Source: Candidatus Nanohalarchaeota archaeon (lineage in GTDB: Archaea > Nanohalarchaeota > Nanosalinia > Nanosalinales > Nanoanaerosalinaceae). Taken from it: DNA of 64,000 nucleotides. The notes beneath the pieces were generated by a model, which saw only the letters and a list, made by a program, of their open reading frames with translations, was not told where the DNA came from and ran no database searches. Positions 27,805-37,853 of this stretch are shown piece by piece. Where the stretch lies: NCBI GenBank assembly GCA_022729255.1, contig JALDAG010000001.1, forward strand, positions 2,391 through 66,390, read 5' to 3'. The number at the start of each line of letters is the position of its first letter. The stretch's first letter is position 1. A program made the position numbers and the translations under genes.

Positions 27805-29049
27805 TCAACCTCCGAAGTAATCCAGAACGGTTTTTCCATCCTTCTTAACATCTTTTTCCTTATTTTCCTCTCCCTCTAAATCATCCATGAATTCTTCAAG
27901 TTCATCTAGGTCTTTTTTCTCAAACTCTTCAAGTACGGATTCGGAATCTCCTTCGCACAGTTTCTCAAATATTTCCTTTATACCGTTAAAACTGAAATCC
28001 CTTGAGATATATCTGAAACCCAATTCATCTACTTTTTCTCCAGAATCAATGCTATTTCCTCTTTCCTTTATTCCTTTTGTGTTATCCCCTATTTTAATTA
28101 TAGCTGAATCTATTTTCTCTCGTATCTCTTTTTTGCTGAAATTTGCCTCTGTTTCTCCATCTAAAACAACCCTGACAAGAGGTTTCTTCTCTTTTCCAGA
28201 GGATTTATCAACCACTTGTTCAATAACCTCGTCCACTATCTCTCGACCTTCCATGTCTGAAACATCAATTTTAAGATGAAAAACTTCTCTCGGAGAGTTT
28301 AATGGTTCAAATCTAATATCCCTACTTTCAGTATCTATAAATATGATGCCTTTATCTTCCTCAGCTTCTTTTTTCCTAACCTGTGTGGTTATGGTAGAAC
28401 CAGGGAAAACTAAAGGTAGCTCTCTACTCTCAAAATCAAGGTTTTTCCAGTGTATATGGCCGTCTATGATGTAGTCGAATCCATCCGGTAGGTCCGAAAG
28501 TGAGATGCCTTTGTTTATCTCGTCAGTGTACACAAAATTTTCTATTGACTGGTGTAGCATCAGAACGTTTACACCTTTTTCAGGTGTTGGATTCCATTTT
28601 TTAAGTATATCTGAGGCGTATCTCTCCGGTACACCTGACATACCAAAAATGTTCACTCGCTCACCTCCCTTTTCAAGAGTTATAGAATCGTTGTGAAGAT
28701 GTACAAGCACTCCTGCATCTTCCAAAAGCTCTATAGGATTAACGTATTCTTTACTTCTCCTCTCATGTGTGCCGTGTATAGCTATCACAGGTGTCCTAGT
28801 ATCTTTCCACTCATAATCTTTGATTCTAGCTTTATCGCCGGTATCCTCAAACAACTTGAACAGTTTGAAAGCTTTTGAAAAAACTTCTTGGTTAGGTGTC
28901 TTGGAATCGAAGATATCACCAGGTAGAAGAACAGCATCGGCTTTTTTAGCTTTTTCAAAGGCTTCTCTGGCGTTTTGGAAACTATCTAAATTTCTCTCGG
29001 AGTTCCACTTAAAACCGAAATGGGTGTCACTTACAACGGCTAATATCAT
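27805..29049 (-). CDS. mre11: DNA double-strand break repair nuclease Mre11
   Basis: 414 aa. Phosphoesterase motifs 'VSDTHFG', 'LPGDIFD', 'IHGTHERR' and 'DGHIHW'. Lies 4 nt upstream of rad50. Confidence 0.9.
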   Translation of the reverse strand: MILAVVSDTHFGFKWNSERNLDSFQNAREAFEKAKKADAVLLPGDIFDSKTPNQEVFSKAFKLFKLFEDTGDKARIKDYEWKDTRTPVIAIHGTHERRSKEYVNPIELLEDAGVLVHLHNDSITLEKGGERVNIFGMSGVPERYASDILKKWNPTPEKGVNVLMLHQSIENFVYTDEINKGISLSDLPDGFDYIIDGHIHWKNLDFESRELPLVFPGSTITTQVRKKEAEEDKGIIFIDTESRDIRFEPLNSPREVFHLKIDVSDMEGREIVDEVIEQVVDKSSGKEKKPLVRVVLDGETEANFSKKEIREKIDSAIIKIGDNTKGIKERGNSIDSGEKVDELGFRYISRDFSFNGIKEIFEKLCEGDSESVLEEFEKKDLDELEEFMDDLEGEENKEKDVKKDGKTVLDYFGG

Positions 29050-29118
29050 TAAGAATTTTTTCGGAACCGAATCTTAAAAACAATATTGGAAATAAGAAAA
29101 AAAAAGGGATTTATGGAT

Positions 29119-29706
29119 TCACTCCATCATCCCGATTATTTCTCCTCTTTCAAGGTCTATAGGATCTATTCCTGCAAGTCCTCCCATGAACATTAGACCT
29201 GATCTCTTAGATACATATACGTTGAACTCTTGAGTAGCCTGTTCATCCTCCAAAAGCATGGTCACAACGAATATGTCCTCATAGGTATCCTGATCGATAG
29301 ATGTTACCGTTATGTTTATATCTTCATCCACATCTCCCATCTGCTGTACTATGTAATCAGTAACCATTTCATCAATCTCGTCAAGGGTGAACTCTTCAGC
29401 CTCCACCATTTCCGCGGGGTACATCACTATAAATGTCAAAGCAAAACCTATCAGTATACCCAATAAAATGTTGACGAAAGGCCTTTCCCAGGTATTTAAT
29501 TCTTCACCAGAAACCGTTTCATCTTCAAGTTCAACTTCTCTATCCTCTATCTTGTTTTCTATCCATTCCTTCAGAGTCTTTCTATCCTTTCCTTCAATCT
29601 CAGCTTCAAGCAATTTTTCTAAATTAATTTTTTCATTTTCCTCGACTTCTTCTTTCACTTCAGATATAGTCTTATCGAGAATCTCTCCATAGTTTTCATC
29701 TGTCAT
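29119..29706 (-). CDS. Acidic single-pass membrane protein, unknown function
   Basis: 195 aa with the central TM 'FVNILLGILIGFALTFIVMY'. Its N-terminal motif is shared with the MCP at 58584 (see findings). Confidence 0.55.
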   Translation of the reverse strand: MTDENYGEILDKTISEVKEEVEENEKINLEKLLEAEIEGKDRKTLKEWIENKIEDREVELEDETVSGEELNTWERPFVNILLGILIGFALTFIVMYPAEMVEAEEFTLDEIDEMVTDYIVQQMGDVDEDINITVTSIDQDTYEDIFVVTMLLEDEQATQEFNVYVSKRSGLMFMGGLAGIDPIDLERGEIIGMME

Positions 29707-29935
29707 CTTAACACCTAATATTTTATTAGGACTTATTAGTTAAAAAATTAAGAACATTGAGAACTCGGGTTTTAAAAATGTTTATCACCTAAAAAGATGT
29801 TAGGTGGATTATTTTGGAAGGTGACTATGTTCCACGGAGTTGAAGAAACTATCTTAGTTACAGCTTTATTCGTGACATCCACTTTTTTCTTGAACAAAAA
29901 TTCGTTCATACAAAATCTTTATAGGAGTGATAAAT

Positions 29936-31381
29936 ATGTCTAAAAAACAAGAACTGGGTATAACAGTAAAAAAAGATGAAAACATATCGGAATGGTACAC
30001 ACAGGTCGTCAAAAAAGCTGATCTAGCTGATTATGCGCCTGTAAAAGGTTGCATGATCATTAAACCATACGGTATGAAGATCTGGGAAAGGATAAAAAAG
30101 AAGTTCAATAAGATGATAGAAAACGAGGTTGATAACGCATATTTTCCTTTACTGATCCCTGAATCATATCTCGAGAAGGAAAAAGAAATCGTTGAGGGAT
30201 TCGATCCTGAAGTTGCATGGGTCGAAAATGCAGGTAAAGACGGTAAATTGGAGGAAAGACTCGCTATAAGACCTACTTCGGAATCTATAATAGCAGAGTA
30301 TATGTCAAAAAACATCAGAAGTTACAGAGATCTTCCTTTCAGGATTAATCAGTGGGCTAATATAATGAGATGGGAGGCAACAGATACCAGGCCTTTCCTA
30401 AGAACCCGGGAGTTCCTCTGGCAGGAAGGACACACAGCACATGAAAACGAAGAAAAAGCTGATGAGGAAGTTTTAAAGAGACTGGATCAGTACGAACAAC
30501 TTTATGAAGACATCATGGCTATACCTGTACTGAAAGGGAGAAAACCTGAACATGACAAGTTCCCAGGAGCAACTATGACAACTACAGTTGAATGTTTGAT
30601 GCCTGACGGCAAATCTATTCAAGGAGGTACATCCCACAACCTTGGAACAAACTTTGCAAAAGCTTTCGATATCAGATACGAGGATGAGAATCAAAATAAA
30701 CATCTTTGCCACACCGCCTCTTGGGGAATATCAACTAGATCTATCGGCGCACTTATTTTGGCTCATGGAGATGACAAAGGTCTCGTTCTGCCTCCAAACA
30801 TATCTCCATTGGAAGTGGTCATAGTACCTATATTCGTCGGGAAAGACGATGAAAAAGTAGAAAAGTTTTCAGAAAAGGTAAAGGAGAAACTCGACGGATT
30901 CAGGACAAAGATCGATTATGATAAGGACAAAAGTCCTGGTTTCAAATTCAACCACTGGGAGCTTAGAGGAGTTCCTCTTAGAATTGAGATCGGACCAAAC
31001 GAGGTCAAGGAAAAGAAATTAACTCTGGTAAGAAGGGATAACGGTGAAAAAGAGACATTTAAAATCAGAAATATAGAGGATAAAGTCGAGGAGATCTTAG
31101 AGGATATACAGTACAGTCTTTACTCGAAACTAGAAGATTATAGAGAGGAACACATCAGTGAAGCAGGAAGTTTTGAGGAAATACTGGAAAGTATTGATAA
31201 GAAGAAGGGATATGTCAAGAGTTTCTGGTGCGGAAGAGAAGGTTGCGAAGAAAAAGTGAAGGAAGAAGTGCACGCTGAGATTGTTCTGGTACCTCTTAAA
31301 AAGGAAAAATTGAAGGATGAAAAGTGTGCGATTTGTGGAGAAACTGCCGAAGAGATAGCCTTTTTCGCTAAGAACTATTGA
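29936..31381 (+). CDS. proS: Prolyl-tRNA synthetase (archaeal/eukaryotic type)
   Basis: 'ISEWYTQVVKKADLADYAPVKGCMIIKPYG', 'RPTSE', 'FRINQWANIMRWE' and a C-terminal zinc-like 'CGREGCEE...CAICG'. SD 'AGGAGTGA' lies 5 nt before the ATG at 29936. Confidence 0.9.
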   Translation: MSKKQELGITVKKDENISEWYTQVVKKADLADYAPVKGCMIIKPYGMKIWERIKKKFNKMIENEVDNAYFPLLIPESYLEKEKEIVEGFDPEVAWVENAGKDGKLEERLAIRPTSESIIAEYMSKNIRSYRDLPFRINQWANIMRWEATDTRPFLRTREFLWQEGHTAHENEEKADEEVLKRLDQYEQLYEDIMAIPVLKGRKPEHDKFPGATMTTTVECLMPDGKSIQGGTSHNLGTNFAKAFDIRYEDENQNKHLCHTASWGISTRSIGALILAHGDDKGLVLPPNISPLEVVIVPIFVGKDDEKVEKFSEKVKEKLDGFRTKIDYDKDKSPGFKFNHWELRGVPLRIEIGPNEVKEKKLTLVRRDNGEKETFKIRNIEDKVEEILEDIQYSLYSKLEDYREEHISEAGSFEEILESIDKKKGYVKSFWCGREGCEEKVKEEVHAEIVLVPLKKEKLKDEKCAICGETAEEIAFFAKNY

Positions 31382-31414
31382 AGGGTTTAAAAAACTCTTC
31401 AAAAACTTTATTTT

Positions 31415-31861
31415 TTAATGGTTGTGATTATTTCTTTTTCTCCTTAATTCTCTTCTTTTTTTCCTTCTCTCCCTCTTATCTGTTCTGGAAGGAGCTCTAT
31501 CATAGTGATGTTGTTCATCCATTTTTTCATTTTTTTCAGGTTCTTTGGAAGGACTAGGTTTTTCTTCAGTGTTCTTAATCGTTTTTTCTTCTTCATCTAT
31601 CTTTCCAATGCTTTCAATCCTTTTCTTTTCCCTGTACTTTTTGAAAATACCAATCCCTATCCTTATTATACCAACAGCTATCAGTAATGTTCCAATACCC
31701 AACATTATATTTTGGACATATGTAGCTATCAGTTCCAAGTTGAAGGGAAAGAATTCCGGTATCTCTCCAACCTGTTCGATAACTGAATTATACATCTCCA
31801 TGACATAGAAACCAATCGCAAAAACTATTATACCTATGAAAAGGTTAGAGTATTTTCCCAT
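31415..31861 (-). CDS. Small membrane protein with a highly basic C-terminal tail
   Basis: Start taken at 'MGKYSNLFIG' (31861). Two TM helices are followed by a K/E/R-rich tail ending 'RRKKRRELRRKRNNHNH'. No family assignment. Confidence 0.5.
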   Translation of the reverse strand: MGKYSNLFIGIIVFAIGFYVMEMYNSVIEQVGEIPEFFPFNLELIATYVQNIMLGIGTLLIAVGIIRIGIGIFKKYREKKRIESIGKIDEEEKTIKNTEEKPSPSKEPEKNEKMDEQHHYDRAPSRTDKRERRKKRRELRRKRNNHNH

Positions 31862-31994
31862 TGTAAAGAAATATGTACTACTAACATAAAATATTTTGCT
31901 GTCAAAGTTTTTATCCCTCCACCAAATAACCACTTATTTAAATGTTAGAGTTATAATTTGTTTTAGAATTCTTGAAGCAGTCTGGTGTTTTACC

Positions 31995-32645
31995 ATGAAT
32001 AGTATGGATGGACAGAAAATGCAAGAAAAAGATATGAAAAAGATGCAGACAGGTACAACTACACTTGGATTAGTAACAGATGAAGGTGTTGTACTTGCAG
32101 CTGACAACCGAGCAACAATCGGTCATCTTAAAGCATCAAAAAAAGCGAAAAAAGTTTTTAAATTACATGAGGATATTGCGATGACTATTGCAGGTTCAGT
32201 AGGAGATGCGCAAAAGATTGTCAGGTTGATGAGAGCTCAAATCAATCTCTATAACATCGAAAACAGGGATTTATCCGTAAAAGGTGCTTCAACTCTTTTA
32301 TCAAATGTTTTAAATGCTAACAAGATGATGCCGTTTATGAACCAATTCATAATAGGCGGAACCAACCCAGAAAATGTTTTGTATGATCTGGATCCTGTTG
32401 GAGGATTGATGGATCACAAAGAATTTACTGCAACCGGTTCAGGATCGCCCACAGCCTACGGTGTTTTAGAGGATAGGTATGAGGAAAATATGTCTCATGA
32501 AGAAGGTATCAAACTTGCTATAAGAGCTATAAAAGCAGCAAGTGAAAGAGATACTGCTTCTGGGGACGGTATGGATGTAGTGACCATCACCAAAGAAGGC
32601 TACAAGGAACTCGATGAATCAGATATCGAGGAATACCTTGGTTAG
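31995..32645 (+). CDS. psmB: Proteasome beta subunit
   Basis: A short propeptide is followed by the active-site 'TGTTTLGLVTDEGVVLAADNRAT'. The ATG at 31995 is preferred; the 31896 extension is hydrophobic junk overlapping the divergent gene. Confidence 0.9.
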   Translation: MNSMDGQKMQEKDMKKMQTGTTTLGLVTDEGVVLAADNRATIGHLKASKKAKKVFKLHEDIAMTIAGSVGDAQKIVRLMRAQINLYNIENRDLSVKGASTLLSNVLNANKMMPFMNQFIIGGTNPENVLYDLDPVGGLMDHKEFTATGSGSPTAYGVLEDRYEENMSHEEGIKLAIRAIKAASERDTASGDGMDVVTITKEGYKELDESDIEEYLG

Positions 32646-32690
32646 GAAACAGCTTATTTAAAAAAATATAGACAAGGAGAGGATTTCTGA

Positions 32691-34568
32691 GTGACAGGAT
32701 TAGACGAAGTAAAGAAGATGCTGCCGAATGATGCGGCGATACAGGAAGCGTGTTATGAAGCATCAGATATAGTTTTCTATACTAGAAATAAGGATTTCTT
32801 CCTTAACAACGAAGACATAATTAAACAGATTGTATCGAATTTTAAAAAAAGAGTGGAAGTAAGACCCGCTCCAAACATAAGGATAGATGCTTCTGAAGCC
32901 AAGAAAGTTATCCAGGAACTTGTTCCTGAGGAGGCAGGACTTGGTAACATTCATTTCCAACCCGGATTCGGTAAAGTGATTATTGAGGCAAAAAAACCTG
33001 GTTTAGTTATAGGGAAATCAGGTAAAACTCTTGAAGAGATCAAGAAAAAGACTAAGTGGATGCCTTTAGTAAACAGGATACCTGCGATAGATTCTAAAGT
33101 GGTTGATAGAGCGCGTGAAATAATACAGGAAGGTTCAGAGTTCAGAAAAGATTTCTTAAATGATATAGGTAAAAAAATACAGTTAAACAAATCGATAGGA
33201 AACGAGTGGATCAGAATTACAGGCCTTGGTAGCTGCAGGCAGGTGGGAAGATCAAGCTTTTTGCTTCAGACAGAAGAATCCAATGTAATGCTTGACTGTG
33301 GAATAAATCCTTCAGGAAAAGACAGGGATTCATACCCTATACTAAATGTGCCTGAACTTGATTTGCAGGCTCTTGACGCTGTTATCATTACACACGCACA
33401 CCTTGATCACTGCGGATTTTTACCATATCTATTTGCGTACGGCTACGATGGACCTGTTTACTGTACAGAACCAACTAGAGATTTAATGATACTATTACAA
33501 CTTGATTACCTTGACGTACTTCATAGAGAAGGTAAGAGCTCTCCCTACGATTCTACACATATTAAGGAAGAGATAAAAAGGACTATACCTCTATCATATG
33601 GAGAAGTAGCTGATATAACTCCTGATATGAGACTTACGTTTAACAACGCAGGACATATACTGGGAAGTGCTTCTGTCCATCTACACATAGGGGAGGGTCT
33701 CCACAACATAGTATACACCGGCGACATAAAATATGATAAGTCAGAGCTTCTTAGACCTGCTGATCCGAAGTTCAATAGGGTTGAAACCTTGATACTGGAA
33801 TCCACTTATGGAGATCAGAAGAACAAGAAGATATCACGAAAGAAATCGACTGAACAATTCAAAAAGATGGTCAGGGAAACTATCAAAAATGATGGTCATG
33901 TGATAATACCTGCATTTGCTGTTGGAAGATCTCAAGAAGTTATGATGCTATTAGCAGAGGAAGCTGAAAAAGATTACTTCGATGTTCCCGTATATCTGGA
34001 CGGTATGATATGGGATGCGACGGCTTTACATACAGCTTATCCTGAATATCTGTCCAAGAAGGTTCAGAAAAAGATATTTAACGACGAAAACAATCCTTTC
34101 CTTCATGAATGTTTCCAGAGAATAGGTGGACAGGAGGAAAGAAGAGAAGTTGTTAAGGAAGATTCTAACGTCATACTTGCTACTTCCGGAATGATCTCAG
34201 GAGGTCCAATAATGTATTACCTTGATGAGCTCGCGGAAGACAAGAACAACAGACTTATTTTTGTTGGTTACCAAGCAAAAGGCACATACGGTAACAAGAT
34301 ACAGAACGGAACCAAAAAAATTACTTTCCCAGGTAACGACAAACCTACAAAGATGAACTTGGAAATAAAAACTGCCAAGGGCTTTTCAGGACATTCAACC
34401 AAAAGCCAGCTCATAAACTATGTTTCCAATTTACCTAACAAACCCAAAAAAATCTTGACTAACCACGGAGACAGCAACGCAACTTTCCGACTTTCATCAA
34501 CCCTGCACAAGATGTTCAATATCAACACAACTTCTCCAAGAAACCTTGAAACCATAAGACTGGACTGA
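32691..34568 (+). CDS. aCPSF1 beta-CASP ribonuclease (2 KH domains, metallo-beta-lactamase and beta-CASP)
   Basis: 625 aa. KH 'VIGKSGKTLEEIK', MBL 'ITHAHLDHCG', then beta-CASP and the RMMBL C-terminus. GTG start with upstream 'GGAGAGG'. Confidence 0.9.
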   Translation: MTGLDEVKKMLPNDAAIQEACYEASDIVFYTRNKDFFLNNEDIIKQIVSNFKKRVEVRPAPNIRIDASEAKKVIQELVPEEAGLGNIHFQPGFGKVIIEAKKPGLVIGKSGKTLEEIKKKTKWMPLVNRIPAIDSKVVDRAREIIQEGSEFRKDFLNDIGKKIQLNKSIGNEWIRITGLGSCRQVGRSSFLLQTEESNVMLDCGINPSGKDRDSYPILNVPELDLQALDAVIITHAHLDHCGFLPYLFAYGYDGPVYCTEPTRDLMILLQLDYLDVLHREGKSSPYDSTHIKEEIKRTIPLSYGEVADITPDMRLTFNNAGHILGSASVHLHIGEGLHNIVYTGDIKYDKSELLRPADPKFNRVETLILESTYGDQKNKKISRKKSTEQFKKMVRETIKNDGHVIIPAFAVGRSQEVMMLLAEEAEKDYFDVPVYLDGMIWDATALHTAYPEYLSKKVQKKIFNDENNPFLHECFQRIGGQEERREVVKEDSNVILATSGMISGGPIMYYLDELAEDKNNRLIFVGYQAKGTYGNKIQNGTKKITFPGNDKPTKMNLEIKTAKGFSGHSTKSQLINYVSNLPNKPKKILTNHGDSNATFRLSSTLHKMFNINTTSPRNLETIRLD

Positions 34569-34655
34569 ATATTTTTTTCTAAAAACCCCAACCTTTTTAA
34601 AGGTATACGTTGATTATTTATAAACAAACAAATTTCTTTATAAACAAATTTTCAT

Positions 34656-35309
34656 ATGAAAGACAAAATGGAAAAGGAAAAGTACCGGGAAAAAGAAGCA
34701 GATAAAATATATGAAGAACAGGTTGGATCCATCTATGACGCATATTTTTTGTGGAGTGAAGAAGTAAATAAATGGCTCGAAGGAGATATAAAAACCAATC
34801 AAGGAGGAAAAGAAAATAAGATTACCGGGAAAAGGCTTTACGAACTAGCCATAAAAGAATTAAATTTGTACGAAAAAGAAAAATACGAACAAAAATCTAT
34901 CAACCGGTTTTTGGAGAAAAACAGGGAAATATTCGGGGTTAAGGACGGATATTTTATTTCAGGACTTCTAAAATTAACCAGGAAAAAAGAAGTACCTCAT
35001 AAAAAAACCGAATTCTTGGAAATAACGGGAAAGAAAGACGTGATAGACGGTTTCATAAGTATACCAGGTATCAAGGAAATCTCTGCACTCGGATTTTTAA
35101 ACAACACTTTTCTTGAGATAAGAGGAGAAGCAGGCATGTTGCTTGGTAGAAACTCATATCAAAGCATAATAGAAGTTGAGGAAGCCGAGACATTAGGTCT
35201 TGACACGGAAGATACGGATTACTTTTTACACAAAAGTAAAGGTAAACCTTTTATCATGGGTTCTGGACGTATATGGTATAAAAAAAATGGTGAGTGGGAG
35301 TTGTACTGA
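34656..35309 (+). CDS. Hypothetical protein
   Basis: 217-aa ORF with no recognisable motif. Confidence 0.5.
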   Translation: MKDKMEKEKYREKEADKIYEEQVGSIYDAYFLWSEEVNKWLEGDIKTNQGGKENKITGKRLYELAIKELNLYEKEKYEQKSINRFLEKNREIFGVKDGYFISGLLKLTRKKEVPHKKTEFLEITGKKDVIDGFISIPGIKEISALGFLNNTFLEIRGEAGMLLGRNSYQSIIEVEEAETLGLDTEDTDYFLHKSKGKPFIMGSGRIWYKKNGEWELY

Positions 35310-35318
35310 AATTTTTGT

Positions 35319-36995
35319 TTACATTTCTTCCAGACAATCAATACCAAGAAGACCCATACCTACCGAAGAAACACTTTCAAATAATTCCACAATCTTTAAT
35401 CTTCTCTTCATTGTGTCTTCATCAGCCTTTAATACCGGGCATTTGTGGTAAAAACTATTGAAAATCTCGCAAAGCTCCGATAAATAATTAGCTATCTTTG
35501 CAGGTTCTCTAGAATCCACAGCATTTTCGATCATCTCAGGAAACCTCGATAATTTTTTCAAAAAAGAAAACTCGGTGTCGGAAAATTCTCCAATAAATTC
35601 TCCTTTCGAATCCGTTTTTTTAATAATAGACTTAGCCCTAGTATTTGAGTACTGTAAATAAGGTCCTGAATCACCTTCAAATGTAAGTACATCATCCCAG
35701 TTAAACACTATATCTTTTTGTTTTGTTACACACAGATTAGCATATTTCAAAGCTCCTATCCCTATCTTTTCAGCATTTTTCTTTAGTTCAACAGATTCTA
35801 TTCTTTCTTTAGCTTTTTCAACAGCTTTATCTATTAATTCAGATACTCTTACAATATTACCTGATCTTGAAGACATAGATCCTTCCTTTAGATTTAATAG
35901 GCCGTAAGAGATGTGTTCACAACCCTCAATATCGATACCCATCATATCACATATATTGAAAAGTTGTTTGAAATGTAGGTCCTGTTCAGAAGCAACAACG
36001 TATAGGTTTAAATCAAAATCTTCGTCCTCTTTCCTCTTCTTCAAATTTGCCATATCCCTTGAAAGGTATAACGTAGTTCCATCCGATTTTTTTAGAACGG
36101 TTGCAGGCATTTCTTCTCCAAACTCAACGAAAAGGCTACCATCAGGATCTTTTTTTATAACTCCTTTTTGCAAGCCTTCTTCAAGAATTTCTTTTGTCTC
36201 ATCAAGGATTTTCGATTCTCCTGTCCACCTGTCAAACTTGATTCCCATCCTATGGTAATCTTTCTTGTGATAATCAATAGAAACCTCTCTAAATAGTTTC
36301 CAAAGACGAAATGCTTCTTCTTCTTTATTTTCTATTTTATTGGCCCACTCCCTTCCTTTTTCCAATAATCTATCATCAGTTTCCATTTTCTCGTGGAACT
36401 CTACGTATAAATTGTAGAGGTGTTCCATAGGGTTCTTCTCGAATTCTTCTTTGCTTCCGTATTCTTTGAAAGCGTAAACAAGTTTTCCGTACTGCGTTCC
36501 CCAGTCTCCAATATAATTTTCAGATACAACATCGTATCCAACAAAATCCAACATTCTTTGTATAGAATCTCCAAGGACATTATTCCTGAAATGTCCTATG
36601 TGCATTGGTTTGGCAACGTTTGGTGAAGAGAATTCTACAAGTGCCTTGCCCTTTCTTTCCTTCAGGCCCATCCTTTCCTTGCTAAGTGTTTCAACGATTT
36701 TTTCAGCAAATAGATCCTTTTTAACAAAAAAATTCACGAATCCTGGTCCTGCTACCTCAATTTTTTCCAAAAAACCTAGTTCTATCTCTTCCTTTAACTT
36801 TTCAGCTATCTCCCTAGGATTACCGCCTTTTTCAGAAGCAACCTTCATCGCTGGAAATGAAAAATCTCCTCTTTCTCCCTCTGAATCCTCAATATCTTTT
36901 ATTGAAGCTTCGGTCTCTAAAACATCATTTATGCTTTCCACAATCTTATTTTTAAAATATTTCATTTCTACACCTTGTTGAACAGCGTCCGACAA
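35319..36995 (-). CDS. argS: Arginyl-tRNA synthetase
   Basis: 558 aa. 'SSPNVAKPMHIGHFRNNVLGD' (HIGH), a DALR anticodon-binding C-terminus and a terminal Met. TTG start at 36995; alternative ATG 'MKYFKN' at 36965. Confidence 0.9.
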   Translation of the reverse strand: MSDAVQQGVEMKYFKNKIVESINDVLETEASIKDIEDSEGERGDFSFPAMKVASEKGGNPREIAEKLKEEIELGFLEKIEVAGPGFVNFFVKKDLFAEKIVETLSKERMGLKERKGKALVEFSSPNVAKPMHIGHFRNNVLGDSIQRMLDFVGYDVVSENYIGDWGTQYGKLVYAFKEYGSKEEFEKNPMEHLYNLYVEFHEKMETDDRLLEKGREWANKIENKEEEAFRLWKLFREVSIDYHKKDYHRMGIKFDRWTGESKILDETKEILEEGLQKGVIKKDPDGSLFVEFGEEMPATVLKKSDGTTLYLSRDMANLKKRKEDEDFDLNLYVVASEQDLHFKQLFNICDMMGIDIEGCEHISYGLLNLKEGSMSSRSGNIVRVSELIDKAVEKAKERIESVELKKNAEKIGIGALKYANLCVTKQKDIVFNWDDVLTFEGDSGPYLQYSNTRAKSIIKKTDSKGEFIGEFSDTEFSFLKKLSRFPEMIENAVDSREPAKIANYLSELCEIFNSFYHKCPVLKADEDTMKRRLKIVELFESVSSVGMGLLGIDCLEEM

Positions 36996-37332
36996 AAAGT
37001 TATGGAATCTAGTTGTTGTTTAACATTAAAAAAAGATTGTTTGCCCTAAAAAATATTCAAATTTATAAATGTATTTAAACCTTTAAAAAATGCTTTAAAA
37101 CTCTTATAGCTATTTATAAGTGTATTACAGAAAAATTTATATAAAATTGTTTATAAGAACTCTTTAGTGATTCATATTGTTATTAGAAAGAAAAAATGCT
37201 ATTAGGAACAAGGATATAGACAAGATCTGGGCAAGGATAGACCCATTGATGCACAGAAGATATGAAAAAACAACTTATGAGAATAAATCTAAATAAAAAA
37301 ACAAAAAATTAGAGAGAAAAAAACTCTCCTTC

Positions 37333-37677
37333 TTACCTGTGAACGTGTGCATAATGAGGTGTTGCCACAAGCCATTCTTCATCTATGCCTGCAACATCTC
37401 CATCAATTGACCTCACAGTCTTCTTGATACGGTCGATAGCTCTCTTAAGATCTGTCATATCTTTTTCCTTGAGAGGCTTTATTTTCACCCATACTATATC
37501 TCCGTTTCTCAGCATCTTTTGTACCGATTCTGAATCTCGGAACTCATGAAGTGTTGCCACTCTAATTTTTACCTTCTTGTTCTTATTATCGTTTCCTGGC
37601 TCAAGCTCCACGTACTCATCAGGCTCAAGTTTCTCAATTTGATCGTTTTTTCCACCAAAAATATTCTTCAAGGGCAC
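37333..37677 (-). CDS. sepF: SepF-like cell-division protein (DUF552)
   Basis: 114 aa. 'KIRVATLHEFRDSESVQKMLRNGDIVWVKIKPL...DLKRAIDRIK...DGDVAGIDEEWLVATP' fits archaeal SepF. GTG start with SD 'GGAGGT' 7 nt upstream. Confidence 0.75.
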   Translation of the reverse strand: MPLKNIFGGKNDQIEKLEPDEYVELEPGNDNKNKKVKIRVATLHEFRDSESVQKMLRNGDIVWVKIKPLKEKDMTDLKRAIDRIKKTVRSIDGDVAGIDEEWLVATPHYAHVHR

Positions 37678-37853
37678 AGTATAAACCTCCTACAATCATA
37701 TGTTCGACACAAGTTTACTTAAATCTAACCTGTCAAAAAAAGGTTTATCAGATTTTATATATCTAAGGTTTAAAGAATTGTATCAACAGCAACAAAGTCT
37801 TTCAGATAAGAAAAAGATTTAAACGAGCAGTGATATCTCAAATAAAATAGAAA

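Noticed and set aside
31896-31994. N-terminal extension of the proteasome beta ORF. The same reasoning applies to 49167..49214 (EF-2), 51542..51550 (EF-1alpha), 17312..17353 (ROK kinase) and 37931..38020 (nfo)
   Set aside because: The extensions are hydrophobic or nonsense sequence. They overlap neighbouring genes or the tRNA-Tyr 3' exon and precede well-conserved native N-termini with their own ATG.
36996-37332. AT-rich spacer considered as a replication origin
   Set aside because: There is no orc1/cdc6 gene nearby, and I could not find ORB-like inverted repeats with a G-string element. The repeats present are generic TATA-like words.
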